From the NCBI GenBank assembly GCA_963720565.1, contig CAVRFW010000009.1, forward strand, positions 320,001-384,000: a DNA stretch of 64,000 nt, given 5' to 3'. A program made the translations under genes and the position numbers. Origin of the DNA: Candidatus Bathyarchaeota archaeon (lineage in GTDB: Archaea > Thermoproteota > Bathyarchaeia > Bathyarchaeales > Bathycorpusculaceae). The notes beneath the pieces are model-generated. The model was not told where the DNA came from. It saw only the letters and a list, made by a program, of their open reading frames with translations, and made no database searches. This document shows positions 23,067 through 34,274 of the stretch, in pieces (position 1 is the stretch's first letter; each line of letters opens with the position of its first letter).

Positions 23067-24644
23067 TCAGAACATTGTTTTATCCTGAATGTATTCCTTG
23101 CCTGTTTTCAATGCAATCTCGGCTTTTTCTAGCTCGCTTCCCAGGTAAGCTGCATGGTCAACTCTTGAAACCAGAGCCAGTTCCGCGATTTTCGCATAAA
23201 TGTTTTCAGCAGTTTTTCCCTTAATTACGATGGTTGGTTTGTCCCTGTCTGGCGAAGCATAATGCATAGCCACAATATTTCCTTCAATTCTGTCCAAGGT
23301 GATTCTGAATGAACCCTTGGAATCCAGCGTAGGTTGCCCGTTCTCATCGAACGCGGGAATGACCTGTGCAGTTTTTTCCAGTTCCTTGCTGTATGGTTCT
23401 TCTCGGTTTCGCTTATCTTTCAAGACAAGTACATCTATTCCAAGATCCTTCGGAACTGAATCTCTCTTCTTAGCCAGAAACATCATCTTCGCCGCGATAA
23501 CTTGCTCGCGAACAGTGCCTTTTGCTTTGTCACTTTTCTCCGTAGCTAACAAAATGCTCGCACCCAATTCGGAGGAAATTCGTGCAAGCAAGGCATTGAC
23601 TCCAACAGAGTCTGCGTCTATAAGTTCAGTAACATTGGAAACACCAACGAAAAGAGGTACGTCCGGATTTCTGCGCGCGAAGTCGTGGAAGGCTATGAGG
23701 GAATCTAGAACGTTGGCTGGTTCCAGAATTAAGTCTCCGATTACCTTGGAGATTCCCAGTTGTTTTGCTTTGGCAATGAGCTCTTCAAGGAAATGCACAC
23801 GTTTCGCAACAGTATTTGGCAGGTAACCTGTGCTCTGATTCGTCGGAATAATCACAACTGCAACATTCTTAACGAAAGGGGCGATTTCTTCAAGGTTCCC
23901 AGCATCGCCACTCAGGACTAGGTCTGCTCCGGCTGCGACTGCTTCACGAATTTCGTCGGGATTAAGTGTGTCAATGCTTACGGGAACATTGACTGCTTGC
24001 TTGACTGCTTCAACAAGGTTTTTCGCCTCTTCTGGTCTGATTTCACCCGCAACCATACCCACGTCAATAATGTCCGCCCCTAATTTTGCGTATTCTTTGG
24101 CTAATCGCTGGATTTCTTTCTTCTGCATCAGAGGCGCATCAACAATCTCTGCCATAATTCGCATGGGGAAATCTCTGCCCACTGCTAGGTCCTTTATCAA
24201 AATGTTGCCGGGTTTTTTCAAGAAGCTATCTCGGTTGCTTTCGGCATTCTCCAGCTCGAATAGGGCTTTTCGCCGAAGCTTCTCTTTGAGCAAATCGCAC
24301 GCTGGCACGGTCGATGAGAGTTCAACTTCGCCAATCGAGTCTAAAACTATTGGTAGGTCTGCAGCATACCTTGGACCCTTGAAAGCGGGAACGCCAACGG
24401 CGTTCGAAATAGCCTTTGTGTCGCCTCGAATCAGTCCTGGCACTAAAATCACGTCAATGTTCTCGAGCTTAGCGCTTCGGAGGGTTGAGGCGATGCCTTC
24501 GGGAGTCAAAAACGCAGCAACGGGAACATTTAGTGCACGTACTTCACATTTGACGCTGCTTTCTTGAACGTAGTGTTTTACAGTTTCTTCTGCGAGAATT
24601 CCTGTTATGACTAGAGCTTTCAAGCCTAATCCCTTTACTGTCAA
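23067..24644 (-). CDS. Dihydropteroate synthase-related protein with C-terminal DUF4346
   Basis: IMAEIVDAP, GADIIDVG, PVSIDT, NVTELIDADSVGVN, HAAYLGSELEKAEIAL..GKEYIQD. Confidence 0.88.
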   Translation of the reverse strand: MTVKGLGLKALVITGILAEETVKHYVQESSVKCEVRALNVPVAAFLTPEGIASTLRSAKLENIDVILVPGLIRGDTKAISNAVGVPAFKGPRYAADLPIVLDSIGEVELSSTVPACDLLKEKLRRKALFELENAESNRDSFLKKPGNILIKDLAVGRDFPMRIMAEIVDAPLMQKKEIQRLAKEYAKLGADIIDVGMVAGEIRPEEAKNLVEAVKQAVNVPVSIDTLNPDEIREAVAAGADLVLSGDAGNLEEIAPFVKNVAVVIIPTNQSTGYLPNTVAKRVHFLEELIAKAKQLGISKVIGDLILEPANVLDSLIAFHDFARRNPDVPLFVGVSNVTELIDADSVGVNALLARISSELGASILLATEKSDKAKGTVREQVIAAKMMFLAKKRDSVPKDLGIDVLVLKDKRNREEPYSKELEKTAQVIPAFDENGQPTLDSKGSFRITLDRIEGNIVAMHYASPDRDKPTIVIKGKTAENIYAKIAELALVSRVDHAAYLGSELEKAEIALKTGKEYIQDKTMF

Positions 24645-25601
24645 GTGAGCTTAATGTAGGCTCCTTTGTTGTTTGCATATGCAGTGAAAGCCTGTCCCCC
24701 AGAGCTTTCTCTTAGGAAAGATTGTACCTTGTCTCTGGCTCCTTTGGCGTCTGCTTCTTTAAACAGTCCGTAGCATGTTGGTCCCCATGAACTCTGTCCG
24801 ACTCCAAATGCGCCGATTTGTTGCATATACATTATGCAGTTGGCAACAGCAGAACTGGAGTATCTTCCTCCTTGAACCTTAGCGAAATAATCGCCTATGA
24901 TGACCTGGATGCTGGTTAGGGCTTCTCCGAAGTTTTCTATATCTTGCTCCATCAAAGATGGAAGAAGCTTCATCATTGTTAGGCGGCATACTTTTCCGAC
25001 GTCTTCAACCGGCATCGGCGGTAACTGCTTGAACGCTGCTTTCTCAGAATCACTATATAGTCCCTTGTCACCGTTTGGAATAGCAATTATGAAACACCAA
25101 TTTTCAGGAAGCGATTTGTGAAAGATTAGTGGAGGAAAAATAGATATTGCTGCTTTGTTCTTCAGCATTTTTCCTCCGTCAAGCACGAATCCACCCTTGT
25201 CAAAAATTGTTGTGCCCACGCTGGTTCTTTGTCCCCTTCCCATTACGTGGCAAGTTCTTGTGTCGTTGCTTTCACATTAAACAGTCTTGCAAGAGCCACG
25301 GCTACAGCCAAGGCTAACTGTGTCCCAGAGCCCAACCCAACGTGTTCTGGAATGGTTTGATAAACTTGCAGACTCACGTTCGTATTGGACATGGTAGGTT
25401 TCGAGAAATTGTTTGGCTAATGCTTTTACAAGGTCAGGTTTTTCGCCTATCACTGATAATTCCTTTGATTGTGTTGCCTCAAGGATAACGTTTGGGTGAT
25501 CTATCGCCTACTCCTAAGCCTCCGAACATTCGACCGAGGTCTCCGTTTAAGTCGATTAGTCCCATCTGAAGTCTTGCAGGGGTCTTAATGTAGACTTTCA
25601 C
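24641..25601 (-). CDS. mptG: Beta-ribofuranosylaminobenzene 5'-phosphate synthase (GHMP family), frameshifted
   Basis: KTPARLQMGLIDLNG..GGLG, HVGLGSGTQLAL, GGFVLDGG, GQSSWGPT, NNKGA. Confidence 0.88.
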
Positions 25602-26250
25602 TTTCAACCCTCCATGCTGTAATCCTTTTTGCTAAATCTGACATTATTTCGGCGTACCTAGAGTTTGGTGCTACACGGTTTACTGTTTCTCTGCAATACG
25701 CAATATTCTCCATTAACATCGAAACTTGTTCTCTTTGTCGCTTATTACCCGACAAAAAAACCTTGATACGGGTTGCGTGAATTATTGCTTCAATTGTAGC
25801 GAATAATGCTCGGCAGTAGACTTTGGGTAATGCTTTTGTTGCCTTAACGAGTTTGACGTCGCACACTGCTTCAGTTTTTTCGGCGTTAATCGACGTTATT
25901 TTCGCAATTGATATCTCGACGGTTGCATCTGCCATGTGCAGTTTCGGCGCATCAAGAATCTCCGCTTTTTCGAACCACTCACGCGGGATTCTTGCGTTAG
26001 GGTTAGCTTCCTTGAAAGCTGACAGAAAAAACAATTCGGGGTCAGAAGTTATGTTTATGACGCCGCATCTTCTTGACAGGAGGTTTTGATAAGTTGATGA
26101 TGATTTGTACAGCTTGATTGTTACGCATTGCTCATTCTTCATGAGTATGCCCATGGGTGCTGCATTTGGCTGGCCGTCTGGGTTGTAGGTTGAAAGAATG
26201 GTCTCAACAACTATGTCCTTTGAGAAGCCCAAATCAGTCAATTTCGTCAT
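25585..26250 (-). CDS. DUF447 family protein (methanopterin cluster)
   Basis: ETILST..PNAAPMG, IEAIIHATR; adjacent to mptG. Confidence 0.85.
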   Translation of the reverse strand: MTKLTDLGFSKDIVVETILSTYNPDGQPNAAPMGILMKNEQCVTIKLYKSSSTYQNLLSRRCGVINITSDPELFFLSAFKEANPNARIPREWFEKAEILDAPKLHMADATVEISIAKITSINAEKTEAVCDVKLVKATKALPKVYCRALFATIEAIIHATRIKVFLSGNKRQREQVSMLMENIAYCRETVNRVAPNSRYAEIMSDLAKRITAWRVESESLH

Positions 26251-26500
26251 CTGACTCGCCTAAGCCTAAGGTTAAAAGACCGTGAGGCATCTTTTTGTTT
26301 CAACCGGATGTAAATTTTCACAGTCGAATAATAAAGTTTTGCCTTTCGCAAACACTTTGCTCCCACATGTTTGGCAGTCTGTTTTGTGCTGAAATAGGAG
26401 TTAGAAATTGCGGAACAGTGTTTTTGGTTTTCGGCTAACAACTCTTAAATATGCCACGCGTCATATTTTATGTGTTGTTCATAGAGAGTGGACATTATAC

Positions 26501-27325
26501 ATGAAAAACACCCGCCAATTTTTATCGGTCTTAACGATAACCATAATATTAGCTGGAGCCAGTTTTGTTTCGTTTCGAAAGCCAATTGTTCAAGCAGACC
26601 TTACAAGAGAAAATTGGCGATTAACTGTTTCAGGCTTGACAAGTCATCCATTGAATCTTTCCTTGACGGACATACAAGCTCTCCCCAAAACATCTGTAAG
26701 CGCAGCAATCTATTGCGTTGATAGACCAGGCTATTTGGTGCAACAAGGCAACTGGACCGGAGTCAGCCTCTCCATCTTGCTGGACCAGGCAGGAGTCTCT
26801 CCAGAAGCCATTAAAATCGCTTTCTATGCAGAAGATGGCTACTCAACTGACCTAGACATTGAAACAGCAAAGCGTGCAGATATAATACTGGCTTACGAGA
26901 AGGACGGTTTGCCACTCTCCGAAGTGTTACGTCTAGTTGTACCTTACAAGTGGGGTTACAAATGGCTAGGTTTACTTTCGGACATTGTGCTTGTTGATTT
27001 CGACTTCAAGGGTAAATGGGAAAGCCAAGGATATTCAGACGTAGCAAACATGACTACCTTAGCTGTGCCTCGTCCTTTTCCTCCGATTCCAAACGTAGTT
27101 GCACCATCCATACCCAGCCCCTCCGTTCCAAATTCGCCTTTTCCATCGAGTCCTCCGCCTTCACCGACTCCAAGCCCAGGCAACTTTCCCGAATCACCGT
27201 TACCAGCATCGCCATCACCGATTACAGAAGAAAAACCAATCGGGGTTCCCTCATCTATCTTTGTTGTGGTGCCGGTAGTAGGAGTTGCGGTCGCTGCATT
27301 AGCCCTCAGAAAGAAAAAACGTTAA
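26501..27325 (+). CDS. Sulfite-oxidase/MsrP-family molybdopterin-binding protein with Pro-rich linker and C-terminal membrane anchor
   Basis: WRLTVSG, IYCV, WTGVSL, DGYST, LAYEKDG.PL, RLVVP..WGYKW, WESQGY; ATG 26501 preferred to 26408. Confidence 0.85.
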   Translation: MKNTRQFLSVLTITIILAGASFVSFRKPIVQADLTRENWRLTVSGLTSHPLNLSLTDIQALPKTSVSAAIYCVDRPGYLVQQGNWTGVSLSILLDQAGVSPEAIKIAFYAEDGYSTDLDIETAKRADIILAYEKDGLPLSEVLRLVVPYKWGYKWLGLLSDIVLVDFDFKGKWESQGYSDVANMTTLAVPRPFPPIPNVVAPSIPSPSVPNSPFPSSPPPSPTPSPGNFPESPLPASPSPITEEKPIGVPSSIFVVVPVVGVAVAALALRKKKR

Positions 27326-27565
27326 ACAATCACCCAAAAGGCTGAGAATCCCGCTGAAACGTTTTCTTTAAAAAACTCAGTCTTATTCAGACACAGTTCT
27401 CTTGGAGCACCATCTTTGCCTTCTTTGTCGAACAGTAAGGCTAATACTGCTAGTGCTTCTGAAAAACACCTCAGCAGGCAGAGTCTCCTCGCTCAATTGC
27501 ATATCAGCTTCGTGAGGCAAATGGTCTAAGCAAGACTTTTAAGTCCTTGAATTTCTTGTGAATTC

Positions 27566-28093
27566 ATGAAATTGCCCGCTGCGATTGCGAGTACGCTCAA
27601 AAACAAGAGGTTCTGGATATGGCAAATAGTAGGTTTGATAATCTATGGCATACCTGCTGCAATTCGTTTTGCAACTGGTAATGTCTTACTCCCCATTTTG
27701 AGTCTCTTGGCGACTCCTTGGATTGACCATTACGTTCCTGCCAACTTGGTAGAAAAAATCTTGGTTAATGCCTTTTTTCCGGGAGGAGCTGGAGGAATCG
27801 CTGGAGAAATCCTTTTTTCAAACCTTGACGACCATGCACTCAGGGGAAAACGGAAATACTTTGCCCGTCTTGCGGGGGCATTAGCACAGACAGCTGTTTG
27901 GTCGGCATTTCAGTTTTGGGGAAATCTGCAAAACATCATAGGTCCGTATGGGAGTAACATATTCGAGTATCCCATGGTCTACCCTCTTAATTTCCTTCTG
28001 GCTTCATTGTCGATCTTTACTCCTGATATTGTGAATTATGTTAAAATGGGATTTTTGCAGGTTTGTCGACGGTTATCTGGAAGCGACAGTTGA
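27566..28093 (+). CDS. Hypothetical membrane protein
   Basis: 175-aa hydrophobic ORF with TATA-like TTTTAAG about 25 bp upstream. Confidence 0.65.
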   Translation: MKLPAAIASTLKNKRFWIWQIVGLIIYGIPAAIRFATGNVLLPILSLLATPWIDHYVPANLVEKILVNAFFPGGAGGIAGEILFSNLDDHALRGKRKYFARLAGALAQTAVWSAFQFWGNLQNIIGPYGSNIFEYPMVYPLNFLLASLSIFTPDIVNYVKMGFLQVCRRLSGSDS

Positions 28094-28156
28094 GGATTAG
28101 GTTCATTTGTCCCTAAAATGTAGATACTATGGTACTCCAAAAGTTAATATCGCACC

Positions 28157-28657
28157 TTGGCTTCGGAAGTTGTTATGTCGTTTCACGTTCGAAGAAAAGA
28201 CCGGGAAATAACTGACAACCAAATCTTGAGGAAAATTCTTGAAAGCACAAAATATGTGACCATTGCACTATGTATGGATATGAAGCCCTACCTGGTATCG
28301 TTAAGTCATGGCTACGACACTGCAAAAAATTGCATCTACTTTCATTGTGCCAACGAAGGCAAGAAACTCATTTACATTAGCGCAAACAACAATACGTGGG
28401 GACAAGCAGTACAAGACTACGGTGTCACCGAAGAATGCGACTATGCTTACACCAGCGTACACTTCTCCGGAAAAATATCGCTTATCGCCAGTTTAGCCGA
28501 GAAGCAGCACGCTATGGAAGTTATGGTACGGCAACTTTCCGCCAATCCCGAGGTGAAGCTTGCCAAAATAAAACCGGAGAAACTTTCAACGACCATCATG
28601 GGTAGAATAGATATTGAATACATGACTGGCAAACAGCACCAAAAACCAGCTCAATAA
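28157..28657 (+). CDS. Pyridoxamine 5'-phosphate oxidase-like / NimA family flavin-binding protein
   Basis: RRKDREI, PYLVSLSHG, IYFHCANEGKK, YTSVHFSG, MTGK. Confidence 0.85.
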   Translation: MASEVVMSFHVRRKDREITDNQILRKILESTKYVTIALCMDMKPYLVSLSHGYDTAKNCIYFHCANEGKKLIYISANNNTWGQAVQDYGVTEECDYAYTSVHFSGKISLIASLAEKQHAMEVMVRQLSANPEVKLAKIKPEKLSTTIMGRIDIEYMTGKQHQKPAQ

Positions 28658-28731
28658 GCGAATAGTATTCGTAGCCTTTCAAGAAAACTTAATTAGTCAA
28701 AGACGATTTTATTCACTGCGCGAAATCTTGT

Positions 28732-28809
28732 GCCCAGGTAGTATAGTCCGGTCCAGTATAAGCGGCTGTCGCCCGCTAGACCCGGGTCCGAATCCCGGCC
28801 TGGGCGCCA
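28732..28809 (+). tRNA. tRNA-Asp(GTC), CCA encoded
   Basis: Acceptor GCCCAGG/CCTGGGC, anticodon arm AGCGG-CTGTCGC-CCGCT, T arm CCGGG-TCCGAAT-CCCGG, G discriminator, CCA. Confidence 0.93.
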
Positions 28810-28942
28810 CTTCACCTAACCTAAGCTATTGTTGAAACCCGTTTTTCAGCAGTTTTTTGTTTACAACTGCTTCAGTAGTCACAAGTTCTTGCTTCTTTTT
28901 TTCAGCATTTCCGTTGCGGAAAGCATATGAAGTCTCGCAGCA

Positions 28943-30325
28943 TTGTTTGAGTTATCCATGACCCTAACGTCTAAACCTGCGCTCTCAAATTCTCAGAGCA
29001 ATTGGCTACTTGATATCCTAAAAAGCAGCAATCACTCCGCCGTCGAAGAGAACCAGATTACAGCGCGCACTTCTCGAAACAGCTTGTGCGTGATATGTAA
29101 GGGCTCACGTTTTCTCTGCGGAAAAACCCGCTGCCCAATAATGCTTAAAGTCAACTACTATCTGAAAAGCGTTCCTTTGATGTCAAGCGAAGACATAGCT
29201 GGAGTTTCACCCCCGAGCGTTTTCATCGGAAGGATCGGCTATCCTTACGTTTATGCGGGACCGCTTGTGCCGCCTGTTCATGAGGATACAACACTCTATG
29301 ATCTGCCTGAACAGTGGTTTGGAAAATCAATCGATGAAATCGTTGGCTTTCGTTCCCTCCTGATACGCGGCAAGCACCGTGTTCATGTCCATAAATTCAA
29401 GGAAGCTGGAAAAATCCTTGATCAAACCCGAGACCTAGCACTAGCAGAGACCAGCGTTGAAACAGAGCTGAACCTTGCTAAGAAACCTCGCGGCTCGATA
29501 ACGCTGGACGATGACGTGCAGCCGTTTGGTCCTTCGGCGCTGATAAGGGATTTGCATGTTGGCAATGCTCGATATGACCATAGGATAGAGAAAGCGTACT
29601 ATGATACTGACTTGTTTGCCACAGGAGCAGTTCGGGAGCTTTACTCTCGAGGCGTCGCGGTCACCAAGATTCAGAAGGCATTTAGTGTGGGCGCCTTCGG
29701 TTTAGAAAAAAATAGGCGACTTGTTCCGACACGGTGGAGCATAACGGCGGTTGACGACATAATCTCGAAGCACCTTGTTGAGTCTGTGAAGGGTTTTGCT
29801 GAAATCAACGAGTTTCGTGTTTATGAGTCAGTCTATCTGGACAATGTCTTTGAGGTTTTAATGATGCCGGCTGCATGGAGCTATGAGTCGATGGAGGCTT
29901 GGTATCCAGGCACAGTCTGGAATCCCAACGGCAGGAACACAGCAATATTTTCCGACTGGGAAGGCAATGATGGACGTACAACCTATGCGCAGATAGGAGG
30001 TTGCTACTACTCTGCCCGATTAGCTGTCTGCGAACAACTCATCAGAGAACGTCGCCAAGCTACTGTAGTTGTGTTGAGGGAAGCCCGACCTGGCTATATC
30101 ATGCCGATAGGAGTTTGGCAAGTGCGCGAAAACGTGAGGAACGCAATGCGACAGAAGCCCTTTCTATTCAAGACGCTGGCTGACTCCCTAAAACACGTTA
30201 GCGGAAGACTGGAAATTCCGCTACAGCGCTGGATTCGACAAAGCGAGCTTCTGAAACGTGCGCTTTTCCAAAAGAGAATAACGGATTTCTTCCAAACTTC
30301 GCCGCCCGTAAACGGCAAATCTTAA
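28943..30325 (+). CDS. nreA: Nre family DNA repair protein
   Basis: CxxCKG..LCGK.RCP, SPPSVFIG..GYP, LVPTRWSITAVDD, GGCYY, GVWQVRE, C-terminal PIP box QKRITDFF. Confidence 0.92.
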   Translation: MFELSMTLTSKPALSNSQSNWLLDILKSSNHSAVEENQITARTSRNSLCVICKGSRFLCGKTRCPIMLKVNYYLKSVPLMSSEDIAGVSPPSVFIGRIGYPYVYAGPLVPPVHEDTTLYDLPEQWFGKSIDEIVGFRSLLIRGKHRVHVHKFKEAGKILDQTRDLALAETSVETELNLAKKPRGSITLDDDVQPFGPSALIRDLHVGNARYDHRIEKAYYDTDLFATGAVRELYSRGVAVTKIQKAFSVGAFGLEKNRRLVPTRWSITAVDDIISKHLVESVKGFAEINEFRVYESVYLDNVFEVLMMPAAWSYESMEAWYPGTVWNPNGRNTAIFSDWEGNDGRTTYAQIGGCYYSARLAVCEQLIRERRQATVVVLREARPGYIMPIGVWQVRENVRNAMRQKPFLFKTLADSLKHVSGRLEIPLQRWIRQSELLKRALFQKRITDFFQTSPPVNGKS

Positions 30326-30351
30326 AACATTACGGCTATCCCTTATACCTA

Positions 30352-32004
30352 GTGACTTGTATGTCAAATAGTACGAGCCCAGAAACCAGGGAGTTCATTT
30401 TGCCTTTCTCGGTTCCATCGGAAAACCGGAAATCCCTCTTTACCTCCGATCTGGAGAATGCATCTATCTTTGCTCTCTCAGAGTATCGGAGGACAAAAGG
30501 TGGTGGGCGTCTTCTGAAGCAGCCTGAAGAAAAGACACTTTTCATCGTGAAAGTAGGTTACCCTATTTGGTTGTTTCCAAGCGGTGAAAGAGCTCTGGTC
30601 TTTGACGGGTTGAACAGAGCTAGTTATACAATGCAGTATTCAGCCCTTCCAGACGTGAAGAGTTTTCTTGAGGAGCTGAGAAGGAGTTCTAAAACCCTCG
30701 AAACTTACGAAGCTTTTCTCTCAGATTATGTCAACTACTTTCAAGCATCCATGACTGAGAAGAGTTCGATAGTGAAAGGATTGATAGGGACTCCGGACTT
30801 CCTGAAGGTGTTCAGGTCGTTCAGAGGCGAAGCATTAGAATTGGCAGAACAACCTGCGAACATGGCACTGCTTAGTTCAGTCTTAGATGAGTCAGCAATT
30901 TCGTCTGCCGTGCTTGACATTGAAAAACTGCAATTGTCTCTTAGGGAGGAAGCTGCAGGACTCAAGAGGGGTATGCGTCTCACAAACAAGATTACTCGTC
31001 ACTACATTAGGGAGGTGCGCGTGAATGCTCTCGCTGGCAGAGAGGAATTTGAAGCCAGAATCAAGGAGCAAGAGGAGATTGTCGCCCCGCAGGTAGCAAA
31101 AATTAGAGAAGACTATGATAGTCAAATTATCAGTTCGACGAAGAACTATGAGCAGCAGATTCTTCCCGTGCAAAGAGATATCATAAAACTCGAAAAATCT
31201 AAACAACAAGCGTTGTCTACAATCGAAAAAACCAAGGGTGAGGCAAAGTCACGCGCAGAAGTGGACGACTCGATTGGAGAGAGGCAATGGAAAGAAAAAT
31301 GTAGTGATGCTAGAAAGGAACTTTCCACTATTGAAGATCAATTGAAAAGAATTGGAAAAGCTCTTAGTGGTTTGGAAGAACAGAAAGCCCTCGTGCTCAA
31401 AAAGCTGCATTCAGACCTAGAAGCCAGCGTCAAAGAAGCCAGGCAGCCTCTGCTGGAACTTGAAGCTTCACGCGACGCGCAAACCCTGATTCACAAACAG
31501 AGAATCGAGAAACTTGAAAGCCAAACCAAGCTGATAAGCGACCTTTTGGGTGGAATTGGCAAACAGAGAGCAGCAACCGTTGCGAAATACAAGCAACTCA
31601 GCCTCAAAAGAGAGCTCAGTTCAGGAGAAATCGGTCTTTACTACGTACCCTTGTATATCACCTGTTACCATGTCGAACTGAAAAAGCGATACTTGATTCT
31701 CCCTCCCTCTTTGGCCAATTCGGTCAGGTTTTCCACAAAACTCAAGGGAGCACTGGGAGGGACAAGAATCAAAGGTCTACTTGTTCCGCGCTTCAAAACA
31801 CTCGATTCTCTGATGGACAATATCCAGGTGTTGATTCAACAGAACCCGCCCTTTGAGGCAGAGATAGGTGATAAAGGTCAGAAGTTTAATCTGTTACGCG
31901 CAAGTTCGGTACGGGAGGAAATCCGGAAGGGTTTGGTCTCTCTTCGGAATGAAGGATGGTTGACAGAGAAAGAATTTGAAGACTTGAACCAGAAAATCGT
32001 CTGA
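30352..32004 (+). CDS. Hypothetical coiled-coil protein
   Basis: 550-aa ORF with long heptad-rich centre; YPIWL and YVPLY motifs. Confidence 0.75.
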   Translation: MTCMSNSTSPETREFILPFSVPSENRKSLFTSDLENASIFALSEYRRTKGGGRLLKQPEEKTLFIVKVGYPIWLFPSGERALVFDGLNRASYTMQYSALPDVKSFLEELRRSSKTLETYEAFLSDYVNYFQASMTEKSSIVKGLIGTPDFLKVFRSFRGEALELAEQPANMALLSSVLDESAISSAVLDIEKLQLSLREEAAGLKRGMRLTNKITRHYIREVRVNALAGREEFEARIKEQEEIVAPQVAKIREDYDSQIISSTKNYEQQILPVQRDIIKLEKSKQQALSTIEKTKGEAKSRAEVDDSIGERQWKEKCSDARKELSTIEDQLKRIGKALSGLEEQKALVLKKLHSDLEASVKEARQPLLELEASRDAQTLIHKQRIEKLESQTKLISDLLGGIGKQRAATVAKYKQLSLKRELSSGEIGLYYVPLYITCYHVELKKRYLILPPSLANSVRFSTKLKGALGGTRIKGLLVPRFKTLDSLMDNIQVLIQQNPPFEAEIGDKGQKFNLLRASSVREEIRKGLVSLRNEGWLTEKEFEDLNQKIV

Positions 32005-32015
32005 ACCATTCTGAA

Positions 32016-32568
32016 CTACAGAATGCCCTGGTCCGCTTGTTTTGTTTTTTCTCTATACAATTCTATGGCGTAGTTCACGATTTCCTTAGCTTCAGCCGCG
32101 TTTTTCCACCCTTTCGTTTTGGCCCACTTGTGTGGTTCAAGTCTTTTGTATGTTTCAAAGAACTCTTGGATTTCTCTCAGCTGGTGTTCGTGCACATCGG
32201 TTATGTCGTTGTAGCCTTCGAATCTTGCGTCGTTCGCGAGGACAGAGAGGATTTTTGCGTCATATCCTTCCTCATCCTCAATTATCAAAGCTCCTATAAC
32301 CCTGACTTTTGCCACGGCGCCGACTTCAAGTGGTTCAAAGCTTAAAGCCATGATGTCCAATGGGTCTCCGTCGTCAAACCAAGTTTGCGGGACAAACCCA
32401 TACTCAACTGGGAACACCACAGATGACGGAATTACTCTATCCAAAACCAGAGACTTCCCATTCAATGTTGTATTCGTACTTGTCTCTGGAGTTGCTCATG
32501 ACCTCTATGACCATGTTGAGCAGTTCCGGAGGTTTTTCTCCTGATGGGATGTCCTTCCAAAAATTCAT
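32016..32568 (-). CDS. ppa: Inorganic pyrophosphatase (family I), one frameshift near 32460
   Basis: MNFWKDIPSG..VIEV..KYEY then YGFVPQT..DDGDPLD, DAKIL, FFETYKRLE. Confidence 0.93.
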
Positions 32569-32896
32569 GGCCTATTTGCACCTTCGAAAGGCAAAATGCA
32601 ACTCGCTGATTTAAGCTTTCTGAGAGCAGTTGTCGCGTCTAAGACTCTTTTTCAACTCGAGAAGACTCCAGGCGTTTTCCAAAATAAGATTGGATGGTGC
32701 AAGGTATTTCTTAATGGAGAATTCAGGAAAAATGTGGACTTGCGAGTTTGGTTTGATTAAAATTCCATTTGGTGTAATAGTTAAAAAGCCATCGTTTGTT
32801 TATAGTAGTCATTTCGCAGAGGCTAGAAGCAGGATAGGCTCGAGGCTGTTCGATGCTAAAGACGTCGTGATTTTCTCAAGAGGAAGAAGAGAACTG

Positions 32897-34198
32897 ATGA
32901 CAGTTCAGACCAGGAGATTCCGCTTGCACGTGCTTTGGGCTTAGTTCAGACTGTTTTTCTAGGCGTTGGCACGGCAATTGGAGGTGTATTGTTCGCTGTC
33001 ATGGGCACAGCTGCGAATGCAGCTGGGCCAAGCGTTGTCATAACTTTTTTAATTGGAGCTGTCTTCGCTTTTTTCATGGGTGTCTGCTATGCTGAGCTCG
33101 GGGCATCGGTGCCTGCAGGATCAGGCGGAGCTGTGAGTTTTGCCAGGCGAGCTTTTGGAGACGGTTCACTCGCTTTCACGTGCGGGCTGGTTTAGCTGGA
33201 TTGGAAGCATAACCGACTGCGCCATTGGCTCGTTAGTTTTCGCCTTTTCAGTTCAGTACTTCTTCGATTGGGTTGAACCTTTTACTCTTGGCAACTTTAA
33301 CATTGGTGTTTTTTGCTTTGCGTAAATTTCCGAGGCACCAAGGCAATGAGTGCTATCCAGTTTGTAGTAACTGCTATTCTGGTGGTAACGCTGTTGTTAT
33401 TTATGACTGGTTCTTTGACAACGTTCGAAATCTCGAGGTTCGATCCCATGTTCCCGAACGGTTTTCTGACGACCTTGTTTATGGTGAGCTATATATTCCC
33501 AACTTATGCTGGTTATGAAACTATTACTCAGCTTTCAGAGGAAGTGAAAGACGGCTGGGAAGACGATTCCAAGGGCTCTCTTTCTCACGTTGGCTCTCAT
33601 AACGATACTTTTTACGGGCTCAGCTCTGGCTCTGGTCGGGGGGGCCCCGACTGAAGTATACGCAAATTCGACTACACCTCTGCAGGATGCAGCTGCCTAT
33701 TTCCTTGGACCTGTTGGAGGAATTGTTGTTTCGATAAGCAGCATAGTTGCGACTTTGTCGACCATAAACGGAAGCATGGCGGGCGGCACACGCATAGCTT
33801 TTGCTCTGGGTCGTAGCAGAATTGCTTCCATCGGTTTTCGACAAGGTTCACCCCAAATATCGTTCCCCTTACACTGCTCTAGCCCTTACATCCATGATTG
33901 CGGTCTTCTTCATTTGGACGCGTTCTGTCGATTTCATTGTCTACGCCATAACATTGGGTTACACGGTTTCTGCAATAATTGTGGCTTTGTCACTAATACG
34001 CTTGCGAAAGACTGAGCCTCACCTTTATCGTCCATTCAAGGTTCCATCTATATCCTCTAACGCCCATCATAGCGATCGGTTTTCTATGCTTTCTGCTTCT
34101 TGACGCTGAGTTTAGGCTCTATGGTTCTCGGTTTGGCGTTAGGTCTTGTTGGATTGGGATTATTCATGTTTTCCAAGGCGGAGAAATCGGAAAAATGA
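32897..34198 (+). CDS. APC family amino-acid permease (several frameshifts)
   Basis: GTAIGG, AGPS, YAELG, YAGYE..SEEV, HPKYRSPY, RPFKVP. Confidence 0.85.
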
Positions 34199-34274
34199 AT
34201 CTGTTCAAAGCACTTAGACTTGAACAAAACTTTTAAGGCATGATAGCTAAGCTTACCCACTGCGGAGATTTACT

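Noticed and set aside
28732..28950. tRNA-Asp as an integration site
   Set aside because: It is followed directly by nreA, with no integrase and no duplicated tRNA 3' end seen.
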